Assembly (NCBI RefSeq): GCF_009914755.1
Contig: NC_060930.1
Length of the DNA: 64,000 bases
From: the human T2T-CHM13v2.0 reference genome, Homo sapiens
Strand: one strand, 5' to 3'
Part shown: positions 44,095-58,910 of the stretch, in pieces
Layout of the letters: each line of letters starts with the position of its first letter
Position numbering within the stretch: position 1 is the first letter of the stretch
The notes under the pieces: generated by a model
Seen by the model: the letters and a program-made list of their open reading frames with translations, nothing else
Database searches by the model: none
What the model was told of the DNA's origin: nothing
Made by a program: the position numbers and the translations under genes

Positions 44095-44441
44095 TTCTAT
44101 GGTATGAATGTTTGTGCCTCCCACTAGCTCATATTTTGAAATCCAAACCCCCACGGTGATGGTATTAAGAGGTGGGGATCTTTAGGAGGTGATTAGTTCA
44201 TAATAATGGCGTTCTCATGCCCTTATACAAGAAGCCTAAGGTAGCTTGTTTGCCTCTTCTGCTACGTGAAGACACAGCAGGAAGTCATCATCTATGAGGA
44301 ATGGACCTTTCAAACACTGGATCTGCTGGCACCTTGATCTTGAACTTTCCATCCTATAGAACTGTGGGAAATAAACGTTTGCTGTTTAAAAGCCACTCAG
44401 CCTATAGTATTTTGTTGTAACATTACAAACAGACTAAGACA
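44095..44441 (+). mobile_element. MLT1A0-like MaLR solo LTR
   Basis: gtgatggtattaagaggtgggg...ctgctggcaccttgatcttg...gactaagaca. Confidence 0.82.
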
Positions 44442-44496
44442 TTATTAAATTAGATTGCCCCTAGATAATTGAATATTTTTCTAAAACATGTTTTTT

Positions 44497-44657
44497 TGTT
44501 TTTTGTTTGTTTGTTTGTTTTTTCAGAGAGGGAGTCTCATTCTGTCTCCCATGCTGGAGTGCAGTGGCGCAATCTCGGCTCACTGCTAGCTCTGCCTCCC
44601 GGGTTCACGCCATTCTCCTGCCTCAGCCTCCCGAGTATCTGGGACTACAGGTGCCCG
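44497..44657 (-). mobile_element. 5'-truncated AluY (right arm only)
   Basis: cccgggttcacgccattctcc diagnostic; TSD ctaaaacatg(t/a)ttttt at 44481-44496 and 44658-44673. Confidence 0.9.
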
Positions 44658-44767
44658 CTAAAACATGATTTTTAATGGCTATGTGATAAGCATCTCAACA
44701 TAATAATGCAGGTAAGATAATACAAGCTATTACAATATAACACTGCCTCACTGTCAAAAATACAACA

Positions 44768-45025
44768 CTGAGGCAGCATGGTATTGTGGAAGGAATATGG
44801 GTCATGGATTTGAAAAAGCTGAAAACTGAGAACTGGTTCTCATTTATTAGTTATGACTTTAGGTAGGACACATATTTTCCCTAAGTCTCAGTATTCTTGT
44901 CTTTAATGTAAGAAAAAAATCTATCTCATAAAGTTGTTGTAAAATAGTAAATGAGATCATGTATGCAAAGTGTTTTGCATGGGCCTGGCACAAAGGTAGT
45001 GGCTCCATAACTATGGGTTATTATT
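44768..45025 (+). mobile_element. MIR
   Basis: gaggcagcatggtattgtggaaggaa...aagtctcagt...aaatgagatcatgtatgcaaagtg...cctggcaca. Confidence 0.75.
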
Positions 45026-45464
45026 AACAACTGCAGTATCAGTACTGGATGGGTATTTTACTTCATTCCTCCTATGTGTGTTCATTAGAGTTTAAAGTGA
45101 GCACAGAGGTACTAACAAAATCTCAAGTGACTCTCTGACTCACAGTTTGTATGAAATCATAATTCCCAAATAGGACAATGGATTTGGTGTCAGGAGTTTA
45201 TACTGCTGTACAAATGCAGCCAAATACTTAGGCCACGCTTTGTCATCAAATTATCAGGGCTCAAATAAATTAGATATTTTTGACATCCTTGTGACGGCAG
45301 TTAGAAGTGGCCAAACTCTATTTAACTACAAGACAAATCATTGGCTGTCCAATTTATTTGAGGCATAAATTTTAGCCACAAGGTAGATGATTGTTTGAGG
45401 AGCATCATTCATTTGTTCATTCATTCGTTCACCTATTTTTGGCAAAATTCTATATATTAGACTA

Positions 45465-45692
45465 TGGGTTGGCAAACTTTTTCTGTAAAGAGCCAGATAG
45501 TGAATATTTTAGGCTTTGTGGGCCAATATGGTCTTTGTTATAATCACTCAGTTGTGCCATTATGGAGCAAAAGCAGCCATAGACAAATGGCATAGTAAAT
45601 GAACGGACATAGCTGTGTTCCATATGAACTTTATTTACAAAGAAACCCACAACAGGTGGCAGACCAAATTTGACCCATTTGTCAACTTCTGT
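45465..45692. mobile_element. MER58A
   Basis: gggttggcaaacttttttctgtaaagagccagatagtgaatattttaggctttgtgggcc. Confidence 0.85.
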
Positions 45693-47079
45693 ACTGACAC
45701 AAGCTCTTGACCTTGTGGAACTTATAGACTGTAGAGGGGACAGCATGGTTATCAACCAGAAGATAATAGATTATGTCAGAAGTATGTATAGTATAGAAGT
45801 GGCACCACAGTTGACCACTTTGTAAAATGGGAGGGATGATATTGGCTAAAAGAGAGCTCAGAAACTCACAATTAAGCTTCTTGGAGGGAGGAATTCAGTC
45901 ACTCACCATCAATCAAAATAACCAGTATTGTTTTACCTTATGGCAGTAGTGTTAAACCTGAAGTATGTTAGACTAAAAAAAATTGCTTTCTTTTAAATAC
46001 AATAACGCTTGACCATGTTTCTGGAATGTTGGAATCTCTTCAGGAGATTTGTACCACAATCTATATTCATTATGCTGTCATTATCTCAATAATTTCTTTT
46101 CATGTGTAAGCATTTTTTTAACCAAAAGGATCTCTTATTAAATTAAGATAAAATGGCAATTAATCTAGAGGATTATCAAAGACAGGAACATGCATTTATC
46201 TGGATCTCTCTTTTTAAACATCAATGGCCTGTTAATGTCCTAATATTTAGGAGGGTAACATGATAAAAGGCTTCCTGCCTCTGTCAGCTCATTTTGTATT
46301 AACATATTCCTGTCACCAGTTAGGCAATTAACAGAGACTAAAGGAACACTAATTCCTTTTCTGCCAGTGTGCTGGATCAACTTTATTCCTATGAGCTTGC
46401 TTCGTGAATGATTCTTTTTGAAAAACAAACATCTTGATATTTCTGTGGAGATGGAGATTAGAGAAAGTTCTTTTTGTATATGACACTGTTGCAAAATAAG
46501 TCCTTTAGGGAGATGGAGGGATAGGTAAACTCAAATTTCAGAAAGAGGAATGCTATGAAGGCAAGATGGTTCCTAGGTGGTATCAAATTCTTCATAGATG
46601 ATTATCATTCTGGAGAAAATAGCTGCAACACAGCTCCCCACTTCATGAATTTATACAGGTCACATGCCAGTCCCCCACATACTACTATGTGGAGTAAAGC
46701 TCTTAGAGGTTGATTAAATTCAGTGCTAGTCTTATCCCCTCACATCAGTGTTCAGGAGGGTCTTCTACACTTTCTTTGCCTATTTTGATTTGGTACAATC
46801 CTAAAAGTGATTTGGTAAAATCACTTTTACCAAAAGCAAACTGACATTGAACCCATTAGGTAAAACAGGGAAGAATGGAAATGAGAAATTTCCTAAGACC
46901 TCAGGAAGGAGAATAGGAAGAACCTAGAGCAAGTCAAATGTCAGGGAGAGTGAGGAGCTGGGATATGATAACAGCACCAAGGTACAGAAAAAAGTTGCAC
47001 AACTGTCCTATTAACATACCAGATTTGATTTGACTCCATTATATTTCATAAAATAGTTTAGAAAACCCCCAGCATAAAA

Positions 47080-47400
47080 CACCATCATAATTGTAATCAT
47101 ATATTTGGAGATTTAATGTGCACACCATAATGTACCATTAGTTACACAAATAACTAATAATTTGCTAATGACAATATTATGTTAAGTCAGTTTAGGGGCA
47201 ATTAAAGTGAGTGATATTTACATATGCCTAATGAATCACAGTCGATGGCAGATTAAGAGATTCTAATGAATATTCATCCAGACATTCGCAACCAGCTTCA
47301 CAGTTTATAAACTGAATTATGGTTGATTTGCCCTTTTAAAAATGAATATGTGAGTATCTTCTGCATGGTGAGAATGAACAATTGGGCCTGACTGTAAAAT
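47080..47400. promoter_or_regulatory. Candidate conserved non-coding element (TAAT-dense)
   Basis: Repeat-free, with many TAAT/ATTA homeodomain cores; inference only. Confidence 0.3.
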
Positions 47401-49144
47401 TTTTTTTAAAGCAATGTACTGGTCAGAACACAAAACATTTTTATGCACTCTCATACCCTCCGCTTCGCTGTTCTTTTTTATATCACAGATCAGTGTTGAC
47501 GAACTATCTCCATTTTCATTCTAATCTATGACATGAAATATAGAAATTGTTTAGTATAAGATTAAATGGAATACAAGTTTTATGCAGCCCCACTGAGGAA
47601 ATAATTACAGGTAGTCTTTGCTATTGAAACAGCGAATACACACTCTTTTTTTATGCAACTCAGAAGGCTGTTTTTGTAGCTATACTTTGTCATGATAAAA
47701 TTGGGGTAGATTTACTATTCTTGCAACTTGGTCATTTAAAACAATAACAAAGCAAACAAAAACACCTCGCTTTGGCCCCGTTAACACAAATTAAGACCAA
47801 ACAAGGTTATGGTTTGAACATTTACTTTTTCCTCAAAACTATAGCCCTTTCTGCCTTTACTAGCTGTTCCTCATAAATATTGTGAGTTTTATCCCTGTTG
47901 CAAAAACAAAGGCCAAACTCTTTTTGTCTCCCTCAAGGCCCCACAATAGGTTTATGACAGACTTGATGCCTATAGCCCCCATTTCTGTTTTACCTTAAAT
48001 CAGACAATGTTGTTTCTCTGCTATTCAGATTAGAAAGGTATTCATGATTGCCCTTATTATTTCTTTACATGAGGAGATAGAGGCTAGAACCAGAGCATTT
48101 GGATGATGGGAGTTACTAAGACAATTGAGTAAGCTTGTGCTTGATGTTTGTTCCATATAAGATGTCAACCTCATATTAACACAATATTAAGTGAAATCTT
48201 AAGCATTTTAAAGGCCTACGAGATTAACTTCGAAGCTGACATTTCCATTCAGCATGTTTTCACAATGTACTTTCATAATTTCATTGCATGTTATTAAAAC
48301 TTTTAAAGGTCAAATAGTATGACACTTGTCAGAATTGATGACTTTTTGCTTTCCAAAAATCATGCCAATTGAGTATATTGCCAGTAGGGTTAAAGAAGGA
48401 CTTTGTCCACCCAATCTCTCTGTGGCCACCTAAAAGCTCATTGTGATTTCTTTGCGCTGATATTCTATTCATAGAACTTTGAATGTGAATGTCTGATTCC
48501 TGGAGATCTGGTGTTCCTGGGTGAGCTTAGTTGGGCAAATTTCTGCCTGCAGCACCTTCAGGGAGGTTTCTAGCAGTGCTTTTGTCATCAGTGAGTCGGC
48601 ACGCCATTCAGCTCCATAAACCATGCATGCTCTAGGAAGGCAGCACATTCACTGTCTCCATCACACTTTTGCTTTAAAATCTTTTGCTGTTTTTTCTCAG
48701 GTGCACGAAATTTGATACATTCAGTCCTCCTCCTCATATCATGCTCTTTTGAACTATGGAAGAATTAGGATTCTTGCTTTCATTCCCAGATGCCCTCACG
48801 TGAAATAGATTTTGAAGGCCTTGCTAAGCCCTGAATACAGATGCCCTGATACCAGTTTGTCCTTGTGCTGCTGGAAGCAAGACTAGTCCCATCTCGACTA
48901 CCCCTCCTCACCCCTGGGTCTTTTGAAGGTTGGGCTGGAAACTACAGATGAGTTTTGAACTATGATCCCTAGGGCTCTGGGACTCTAGTGAATGTCTCAC
49001 GGGTTTCTGCAGAGAACAGGGTGGTGCCCCACAGGCACTGCCTCAGGCCTCATACTCCAGCTTTCATCTGGGCTTCCTTGGTTCTCTCTGTTTTAATTAT
49101 TTTACTAGAAAGGAAGTATACTTCTGCTAGAACTTGTTTGGGAA

Positions 49145-49375
49145 ATCACTGATACAGTGAGGAACAAGTGCAGGGATTTTGTAGTCAGGCAGACCACAGT
49201 TCAAATCTGTGCTCTACTGTTCGCATGACATTTGGTAAATTACTACTTCGAGCATCCATTTCCTTATCTGTTAAACTGGAATAGGATAACTACCTCTCAG
49301 ATTTGTGGCAAAGATGAAATGGATTTGCATATTGATTGTACTGCTGGGTACTTTCTAAGTGCTTTAGAAATGTTG
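49145..49375 (+). mobile_element. MIR
   Basis: gttcaaatctgtgctctact...tttccttatctgttaaactggaataggataactacctc. Confidence 0.7.
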
Positions 49376-49438
49376 GTCTTCTCTTTCTTCTCTTACTGGT
49401 TATGCTAGTAATCTAAACTCAAAAAAATTCAATTGAGG

Positions 49439-49560
49439 TAGAGTGATCATGTGTCCTAGTTTGCCTAGAATAGTTTTGGCTTCTCCCTGTTCTCCCAGCA
49501 TAATTTTTCAGTGTCTTGCATGTTTAGCAGTGTCCCAGTTTGGATGACAGAGTAAGAGAT
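49439..49560. mobile_element. MER81/MER94-like hAT MITE
   Basis: agagtgatcatgtgtcctagtttgcc...gtcccagtttgga. Confidence 0.45.
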
Positions 49561-49769
49561 TACCCCCAATTCTGCTGGCAGTTTATAAATTAACTTGATC
49601 TTCTTAGGTACAAGCTTGCTGCTGCCATTTTCAGGCAGTACAGCAATTGCATTTGACATTAAGCCCTGAAACTCATGCCCCCCTTGTCCCCCGCCAGGAA
49701 CTGTTGAAAATCTGAAGTCAAAAAGGAGAATCTATTCATGACAGTAGCAAATGATGAATGATCACATAC

Positions 49770-50349
<580 letters not shown>

Positions 50350-51302
50350 CCAGATGTTCAGTTTTTTAAAATGCAGGGTTGGCATTTTCAAAATTTGTAT
50401 AAGTATTTCCTTAGTCTTGTAAGGCTTTTTCTGTAAGTCTTATATAAGTATTTTTCAGGGAAAATCATTAATGTAGCATTTATATCTTTAGACTTTCATA
50501 TCATGAGGTAGGAATCAGTGTCTTAGAGTCAACCTGGAGTCCCACTGGGTAGAGTGTGAGACACTTGGAAGATGCGATAGGCAGGATCAACCCCTCACTT
50601 CTAGGAATACCTTCTTCACTGGCCTCCACTTGGAGAGATAGGTCAGGGCCTAGATGGTGGCCATTTAAGACAGAATAAACATTATATAATCTAAGGGAAA
50701 TCACACATTGATAAGCTCATATGTTACCATGGGCTAGGATATTGGATTGATTGACCTGGTCTTACCTTTTACCAGTTACAGGGGCAGGCCTTGAAGGATG
50801 GCATGGAGCACTGGGAGGTGCATTGGTGGCAATCATGAACCGGGCTTGCTGTTTTGGACCTTGGAGCTCTGCAGGCAAGGACTCTGGTGACTGTGCCAGG
50901 TGACTGGGCACCAGAATTATGTTGTTGCCATGTCTTCTCTAGGTGCAGGGTTCCATAGGAGGTTTCATTTTGGAAACAGTGTGTAACTACTTAGAGGGGG
51001 TTAAAAAAAAATAAAAGCAAACACCACCACCAACAAAAGTGCACAGAGGTTTGAAAATTCCTAGGGTAAAAGAACACTAAGAAAAGAAAGATATGCATTC
51101 AAGGAAAACTTCAAAACTTGTCCTACTTGGAAGAAGTGGTCCAACCATAGGTATGAAGGAAATGTGTACTTCATTCTCCATTACTGTAAGACATCTCTAG
51201 TAACCCTCGGAGAACTGGAGCCTCTTCCCAGCTTTGCCTTCATGCTCTCTTTCAGGGAGGGACACAGGGCTTTCATTGTTATTATCAACACCCCCCACCC
51301 CC

Positions 51303-51340
<38 letters not shown>

Positions 51341-51356
51341 ACACACACACACACAC
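51303..51356. repeat. (CA)n with one interruption
   Basis: Seen directly. Confidence 0.95.
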
Positions 51357-52494
51357 GTGCTGTAACAACTCTGGAGCAATCTTCCTCATTTTCATACCCT
51401 CCTTCTTACTCTTCATTGACCTACTGTGTACTGTGTGGGCTGAGCTTTCAAATCTCATCTCAGCATTCGAGAAGCAGCCTGGTTAAATCTACTTCCTAGA
51501 CAATTTATACTTTCATATTACTCCATTTTCATACAGCATAGCAAGGCCGTCCTGAGTGAGCACTGCTTTGCTGCTTGTAGTCAGAACTTGCTCAATGGTC
51601 TTGTTTTAAAATGGGAAGGATGGTAAAGGGCATGTTAAGGAGTGAGAATGACTCGGTCCACTCAAAATAGGGTTTGTATGAGTAAATCCAGGACATCTTT
51701 ATGAATTTGTGCAGATTTATGTGCAAAATGACTCGAATTTTAAATAAGCATATGCTTATTTGTATGTATGCTTTTTCTGTCATTGAATTATTTGGCTATT
51801 TGATCTTAGTAAAGCCACAGCCTCTGTGTTCTGTGGGATAACCATTTTCTCTGTAGTTTTTAAGGTTAGGATTCATTCACAAATTATTGTACATTTCTTG
51901 CATATTAGACTCACTAGACTTATTGTTGTGTTTTGGTATTTTCTGGAAGGACTGAATTTTACAGATGAGGAAAATGAGCCACATGAAACCCGAGTTTTTC
52001 CGAGCTTTTCAATGTAGTTTCCAATTTTTGCCTCAAAGACAAGTTAGGGTCCTACTCTTGTTCAGAAATTCACATGAATTCATATAGGATGTTTATTGTT
52101 TTAGAATATGGTCACCAAATAACCAGACTGAACTTTTTTACTACACCGTCTCCAAAGATCTTTATCTGGACGCTGTTAAACACCCGATTACCTCTCTTCA
52201 CCTGACCCAGTCTTACTGCGTGGCCTGGGCTGTTGCATACATAGGCTGGTGGCAACTCCTGTGCCATACTCTGAGCTGCCACACCCAGTGTGGACCTAGA
52301 CAGAAGAAAAGCTGAGTCTTTCATTCCTAATGGACCAGAGAACAAAGTGAGTGGTTTGTGGGCTCAGAAGTTCTTTAAGCTGGGAATAGTAGGAAAAGTA
52401 TAAAAATGGCCTTCAACTATCCTCCCAAAGCAAATGAAGTTCTCAGATATAAAAAGCGATTACATCACTCTTTTTAATGAAAAAACTAGGTGAG

Positions 52495-54015
52495 AGTAAA
52501 GGTATCAATATTTCCCAGATCAATCTGCAGATTTAAAGCAACTCCAGGCAAATTCTTAACAGGATTTTTGAAGATTTAGATAAGCGAATACTAACATTAC
52601 ATGGAAAGAAAGGCAAAGAATCAGAAAAGTTCAAACACTTTTGAAAACAGAATAAAGTTAGAGGAACCACACACACTATGCAATTTTAAGCAATTATCAA
52701 CACATTGTGGTATTGAAAACAAACAGATATGTAGATTAATAGAACAGAATAGAGAATTTAAAACTAGGTTCCCCATATAAATATGACCAACTGGTTTTTG
52801 ACAAAGATACAAAGGAAATTTAATGGAGAATAGTATTTCAATAAATAGTGTTAAAATAATTGGACATCCATAGGCCAAAAGAAATTAGCCTTGACTTATT
52901 CCTCATTCCTTATACAAAGATTAACTCAAAATGAATAATAGTTCTAAATAGAAAATGAAAAACTATAAGACTATTAGAAGAAAACATGAGTAGAAATCTT
53001 CAAGACCTGGGGTTGGGCAAATAATTCTCAGATATGACACCCACAACACGATCCATAAAATGAAAAATTGATAAGTTGAACTCCATCAAAATTTGAAACT
53101 TGCTTCAGGAAAGATAAACTACAAACCAGGAGAAAACATTTGCAAATCACTCATCTAACAAATGAATTGTATCCGGAGTATACGCTGAACTCTCAAGACT
53201 CATCAGTAAGAAAACAAATTACCTATTATAAAAATAAGCAAAATACTTGAACAGACACTTCACTAAAGAGATTATATGGAAGCAAATGAACATATGAAAA
53301 AATGTTCAACCTGATTAGCCCATGGTAAATGCAAATTAAAACCACAATAAGATACAATTATATACTTTTTCATGGCTAAAATAAAAAATAATAGCAATAC
53401 CAAGTTTTGATGAAAACATAGAGCAACTGGAATTCTCACACATTTTTGGTGGGAATGCAAAGTGGTATAGCCACTCTGAACATGTTTGGCAGTTTCTTAC
53501 AAAGTTAAATATACACTTACCATACGACCCACAAATCTCACTCCTGGGTATATACCCTAGAGAACATAAACATTTGTATACAGATGTTTACAGTAGCTCT
53601 ATCTATAATCACCAAAAACTGGAACTAACCCAAACAGCCTAATTAATGGGTGAGTATGATGGAATCCTGCTTGTCCAGGAATAGACGGTTGGTAACAACT
53701 TCGAAGACTCTCAAAATCTTTAAGTTGAGTGAAAGAAATCAGCCTCGAAAGGTTCCGTACAGTAGAATTCCATTTACATGACACTCTCAAAAAGACAAGC
53801 TACAGTGAGGGAGAACATATCAGTGGTTGCCAGAGGTTAGAGATGGGAGAAAGTTGTGACTACGAAGGGATAGCACAGGGAGGATTTTTGGAGTGATGGA
53901 ATTGTTATGTATCCATTCGTGGTATTAGATACGAAGAATGCACGTGTTAAAATTCGTAGAACCACACAAACACAAAATGTCAATTTTTTAGCATGTTAAT
54001 TAAAAACACAAAATA
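52495..54015 (+). mobile_element. L1M (ORF2 3' part and 3'UTR)
   Basis: A-rich L1 text: ccttatacaaagattaactcaaaatg..., gaaaacatttgcaaatcac..., atgcaaattaaaaccacaataagatac..., tcagtggttgccagagg. Confidence 0.85.
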
Positions 54016-54156
54016 AAAATCATTTAGTAGAATTCTGTTTCCTACCCCATCCAATCTAAGCCCTCCTCTCTTCCTGTGTATGAGACCCTCCATAATCTGC
54101 CTCCCCACTTTGTGATGTTCCTAGGTTTAGTCTCTCACTGTTCTGTGAGCAAGTGA

Positions 54157-54587
<431 letters not shown>

Positions 54588-55733
54588 CTCCTTTTCTTTT
54601 TATTCTAATCAAGTCCCACCTCCTTCGCCATGCCTGCCCTGCTCATTCCCACAACCGCTGCATATGATCTTCTCCCAACATTGTACATTTCTTGCATATT
54701 AGAAAAGAATGACAGAGCATTCATATACTCTGTCATCCACACCACCAAACTAATGCTATACTATTGTACTGTTTGTGTTGCATTTTTCCAACCAGATTTT
54801 GGGTTCCTTGAAAACAGAAACTTGGTTTTTTTGTTTTGTTTTTTTCAGTCAGACCTCAAATGATCAAAATAGCTCTTAACAGAGTAAGTGCCCAATAAAC
54901 ACCTCACTATTTAAAACCTGCATGGGCATTGTAATGAATGATGTTCATCCTAGGAAAGTATGAACTTAGTCCTGAATTTGAAGTAGCTCCATTTCCCATA
55001 TTTCTCATTCCTCTTCCCTTGCTGCTCTTAAAAAGACTATAAACTCATCTTTCTTGATACTTCTCAGCAAGAGCTATGTGGCTTTATTCACACTTCACTT
55101 CACTTCACATTCTATCATGTCCCCCTGACCTTTCGTCCTTCAGGAACCAAAACATTTCTTGTTTATTATTCTCTGACTTGCAGAATACTTAGATTCTTAA
55201 TTTAATTGTACCACCTTTCCAGGACTTTCTCAGTACCAGATGGCTTATACCTCACCTATGCCTCTTCCCTCATGATATTTTTTTTTTGCATTTTAAAATC
55301 TGCATTTGTCATTTTTACTTCTCACATGTTTACAGTCGGATGGTAAGAACAGTCTCAGGGTATAGAGCATCATTGTCTGTTCACGCCCTTCTTCAGGTCA
55401 TGTGTGGGTATCCAGCTCTCCTGGATTCCTCCATGCACTGCTGTCCTTCTGATCCTGCCTCTGGTCTTACTCTCTGTGCTCTTCCTCATCACCCTGCTGG
55501 GAACTGAAGCTGCTGGAAGCCCACTGCAACCCCAGTGTCCTGAAGGAGAGGAAATGCCCCTTTTTAGAACAGCTTGGAAAGCACCAGGAATTTGGACTTG
55601 GGGTTCTCGGTTTTATTTTTAACCTTCATCCTGAACAGCAACCCAGAGGCTCCTCGCCATTTTCATGTATAAAATGGCCTGGATTTAAGCAGCATCTTGT
55701 CAGCCACACATGGCCATTTTTGTTTTATGGAAG

Positions 55734-56285
55734 TGAGGCAGGAGAATAGGGTATGGAGGCAGGGAGCCTAAGGACGATTCATGCTGACTTCCTAGAACTA
55801 AATCAAAAGGACAAACCCAACTATCCACACCTAAGTAACAAAACGACCAGAGGCTACCCCCTTTGCAACCCCCACCTTTTTTCTGCGTGGCAGATGGAAA
55901 ATTGAAAGTACCTCTGATTGGTTGCAGAAAGCAATTTGCATAGGAGTGTAACTCTGTAACTTCACTTCAGCCTCTGATTGGTTGCTTTCTGCAGGAAAAC
56001 TTGCTTCCTGCAACCATTCAGACTAATTGCAGTCCACTACTTCATTTGCATGGAGTGTATACGAAGTAGCCAATGAGAAACCTCTAGAGGGTATTTAAAA
56101 TCCAGAAAATTCTGTAACTGGGCTCTTGAGCCCCTATGCTCAGCTCAGTCCCACTCTGTGGGGTGTATTGTCGTTTTCAATAAATCTCTGCTTTTGTTGC
56201 TTCATTCTTTCCTTGCTTTGTTTGTGTGTCTTATCTAAGTCTTTGTTCAAGACACCAATAACCTGGATAACCTCCACCGGTAGCA
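55734..56285 (+). mobile_element. MER51 ERV1 solo LTR
   Basis: tgaggcaggagaatagggtatggaggcaggg...; repeated CTGATTGG (CCAAT) boxes, TATA-like gtatttaaaa and AATAAA; TSD gaag/aaag. Confidence 0.85.
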
Positions 56286-57119
56286 AAAGGGGTTTGACCA
56301 AAGGGAAGCACCAGACAGAGGAAAGCAGAGACCAAAAGAATATAGAATCCAGGCCTCCTGCCACCAGGCAAGCACAAAATGTCTGTCTCCTGAGCAGAAA
56401 CTTATTTATCTGCGTATTCATCACAGTCAGCTGCTTCAGCAACGCCGGCAGCAAAACCAGCAAAAACGTCTCCACATTTCATGCTATCAGAATATGCTCA
56501 CTTCCTAACATCCACCTCAGAGTAAAAATAATAAAAATACAAAAATACTAGAATACAGCCACGTTTGCATCTCTGGGAGCTGAAAGCCACATCTGATGGC
56601 CACATCAACACTGAAAGAGAACATCCCTAATTCACTGCAAGAACAGAACGCTAGTAAGTGAGCCAAGTGGCAAACAAGGAACGCCCCTTTATTAGCATGG
56701 GCATATTACAGTGGGAGAGAAAGGAAGGACAGGTACACACCAAATGTTAATGAGTAGCATGGTGGAATGGTTTTTTTCTTTAGTTTGCTTGTGTGTACTG
56801 AATACATTTTCTACCACTATTGCATATTATTATTTTCAATAAGAAAAATGTATTATGTTTGACTCGATTGCAGTGCAGGTCTCCATTATATATCCTCTTA
56901 GAATTACATACTACTTTTAGAATAAAACAATAATAATTCAAACAGTTCTGAATACATGATATGAAGCAGCACCTGGAGCCAAGACTCTTGTAAGATAAGT
57001 TGAGCCATCACTGATTTGGGTTGGGAGGAGCAAGCAGCTGCCTGACCTCTTGGAGTGACATCATCAGAACTGAGTGAGGAAATTAAAAAGCGTCTCAAAT
57101 AAGGAATGGAATTGGGCCT

Positions 57120-57250
57120 GCATTCATTTATTCATTTTTTATTCATTCAATAAACATTTTTAAGTGTGTGCTATTAGGAAGGATATAAAGTCAAATAATA
57201 TATAACACTATTATTAAAGAATTTAAAGTCTGGAAGGGAGATTAGATAGG
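57120..57250 (-). mobile_element. L2 3' end
   Basis: attcattcaataaacatttttaagtg. Confidence 0.6.
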
Positions 57251-57315
57251 TCTCACAATTCCTGCTTAAGTTGATTGAATGAATACGTGTGGAAATTCAC
57301 ACCCCTTTCTCTTCA

Positions 57316-57738
<423 letters not shown>

Positions 57739-58129
57739 TCAGCTTTCTGGACTTGAGAATAGAAACCATCTGCGGGTACCAGGAGTTAGTGGGCTCGGTG
57801 GAACAGGCCCCGAGGCTTCCAGTGCTGGCCTCAGGGTTGGACTGGCTGTTTGACACAAAGGGCCAGGACAAGGTGCTTTTTTAAGGAACAGGCCCTAGAA
57901 AAACTGCAGCTCTAGCCTGGGGCTGTGCCCAATAACCAGCGACTGCCTAGGGTGGCAGGAGAGAGAAGCTGGGGTTCCTCCGTCAGAGCCTGCACCCAGT
58001 AGCACACACTGGCCGAGAGGCTGGATCAGCAATTTTCCCAGGTACATGAACCCCAAACTGCCCACACGAAACTTGGTTCTGAATGGTGACCCAGGCTGGA
58101 TGAGGGCCGCTGCCAGCAAGAGAAGAGGG

Positions 58130-58700
58130 GCAAAAAACACTAACAAAAGGAAATTTGTGCTCAAAATGATATTGCAATTACAATTGTAAAACACGGAAAA
58201 GAAACTTATGTCATACATGCTAGCCAAACTACTCAACACATCAGGGAATTCATTTCTCGAAAGTAGAAATAATACAGCAATCTGAAAAACAAGCTATGTT
58301 GTTCATACCCCAATTAGCACAAACCCTGAGATGCTGAAGAAAAAAAAAACTCCAAAGTAATAAAAAAAAAAAAAGGAGGGGATTATGAAACGAAAGCAGG
58401 TGGATATGAAAAAGAACCAGGAGAGTAACTGAAAAACAGACTGCCACCCGCAGCCACAAGGGGACCTGTTTCCCTGGACCCTGCTGCAGCACACGTGTTT
58501 TTGCGTGGAGTTTATGCCAAGCATCAAGCAGCAACATTTAAATCTCTTGTTCTCTCTTTACTGGCTGAAGATTATAAATGTTTTATGAGCCGCTGAGCTT
58601 GCAGCATTACTATTTTATTAGAAGGTGGAATATCTTTTCCTCACAGCTGTATTCCTAGCGAAATTATTCTTTCTCTTAAAAATGTTAACCTGATGCTCGT
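58130..58700. promoter_or_regulatory. Candidate enhancer block
   Basis: Repeat-free; HOX/CDX-like TTTATG/TTTTATT motifs, CAATTA, retained CpGs, next to a GC-richer segment at 57750-58130; inference. Confidence 0.3.
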
Positions 58701-58910
58701 TAGGAAGTGGCAACTGGCAGGATGGAAGGAACTGTTCAGAAATGGTCTGGCCCATTGGAAAGCGAGTCTGGATGGCACTTGGATGTCTTTCTTTTGGTTT
58801 CTTTTGGATTGAGCTACAAATAATTTAGGGAAGAACAGGAATTTTTTGATAGTCTAGCAACTTGATTTGATACAGTCCTTTTGGAGTCCATCTGGGATTG
58901 CTGAGTTGTA

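Noticed and set aside
48670-48710. Strong-looking splice acceptor ttttgctgtttttctcag|gtg
   Set aside because: No convincing downstream donor or recognisable coding sequence; such motifs are frequent by chance
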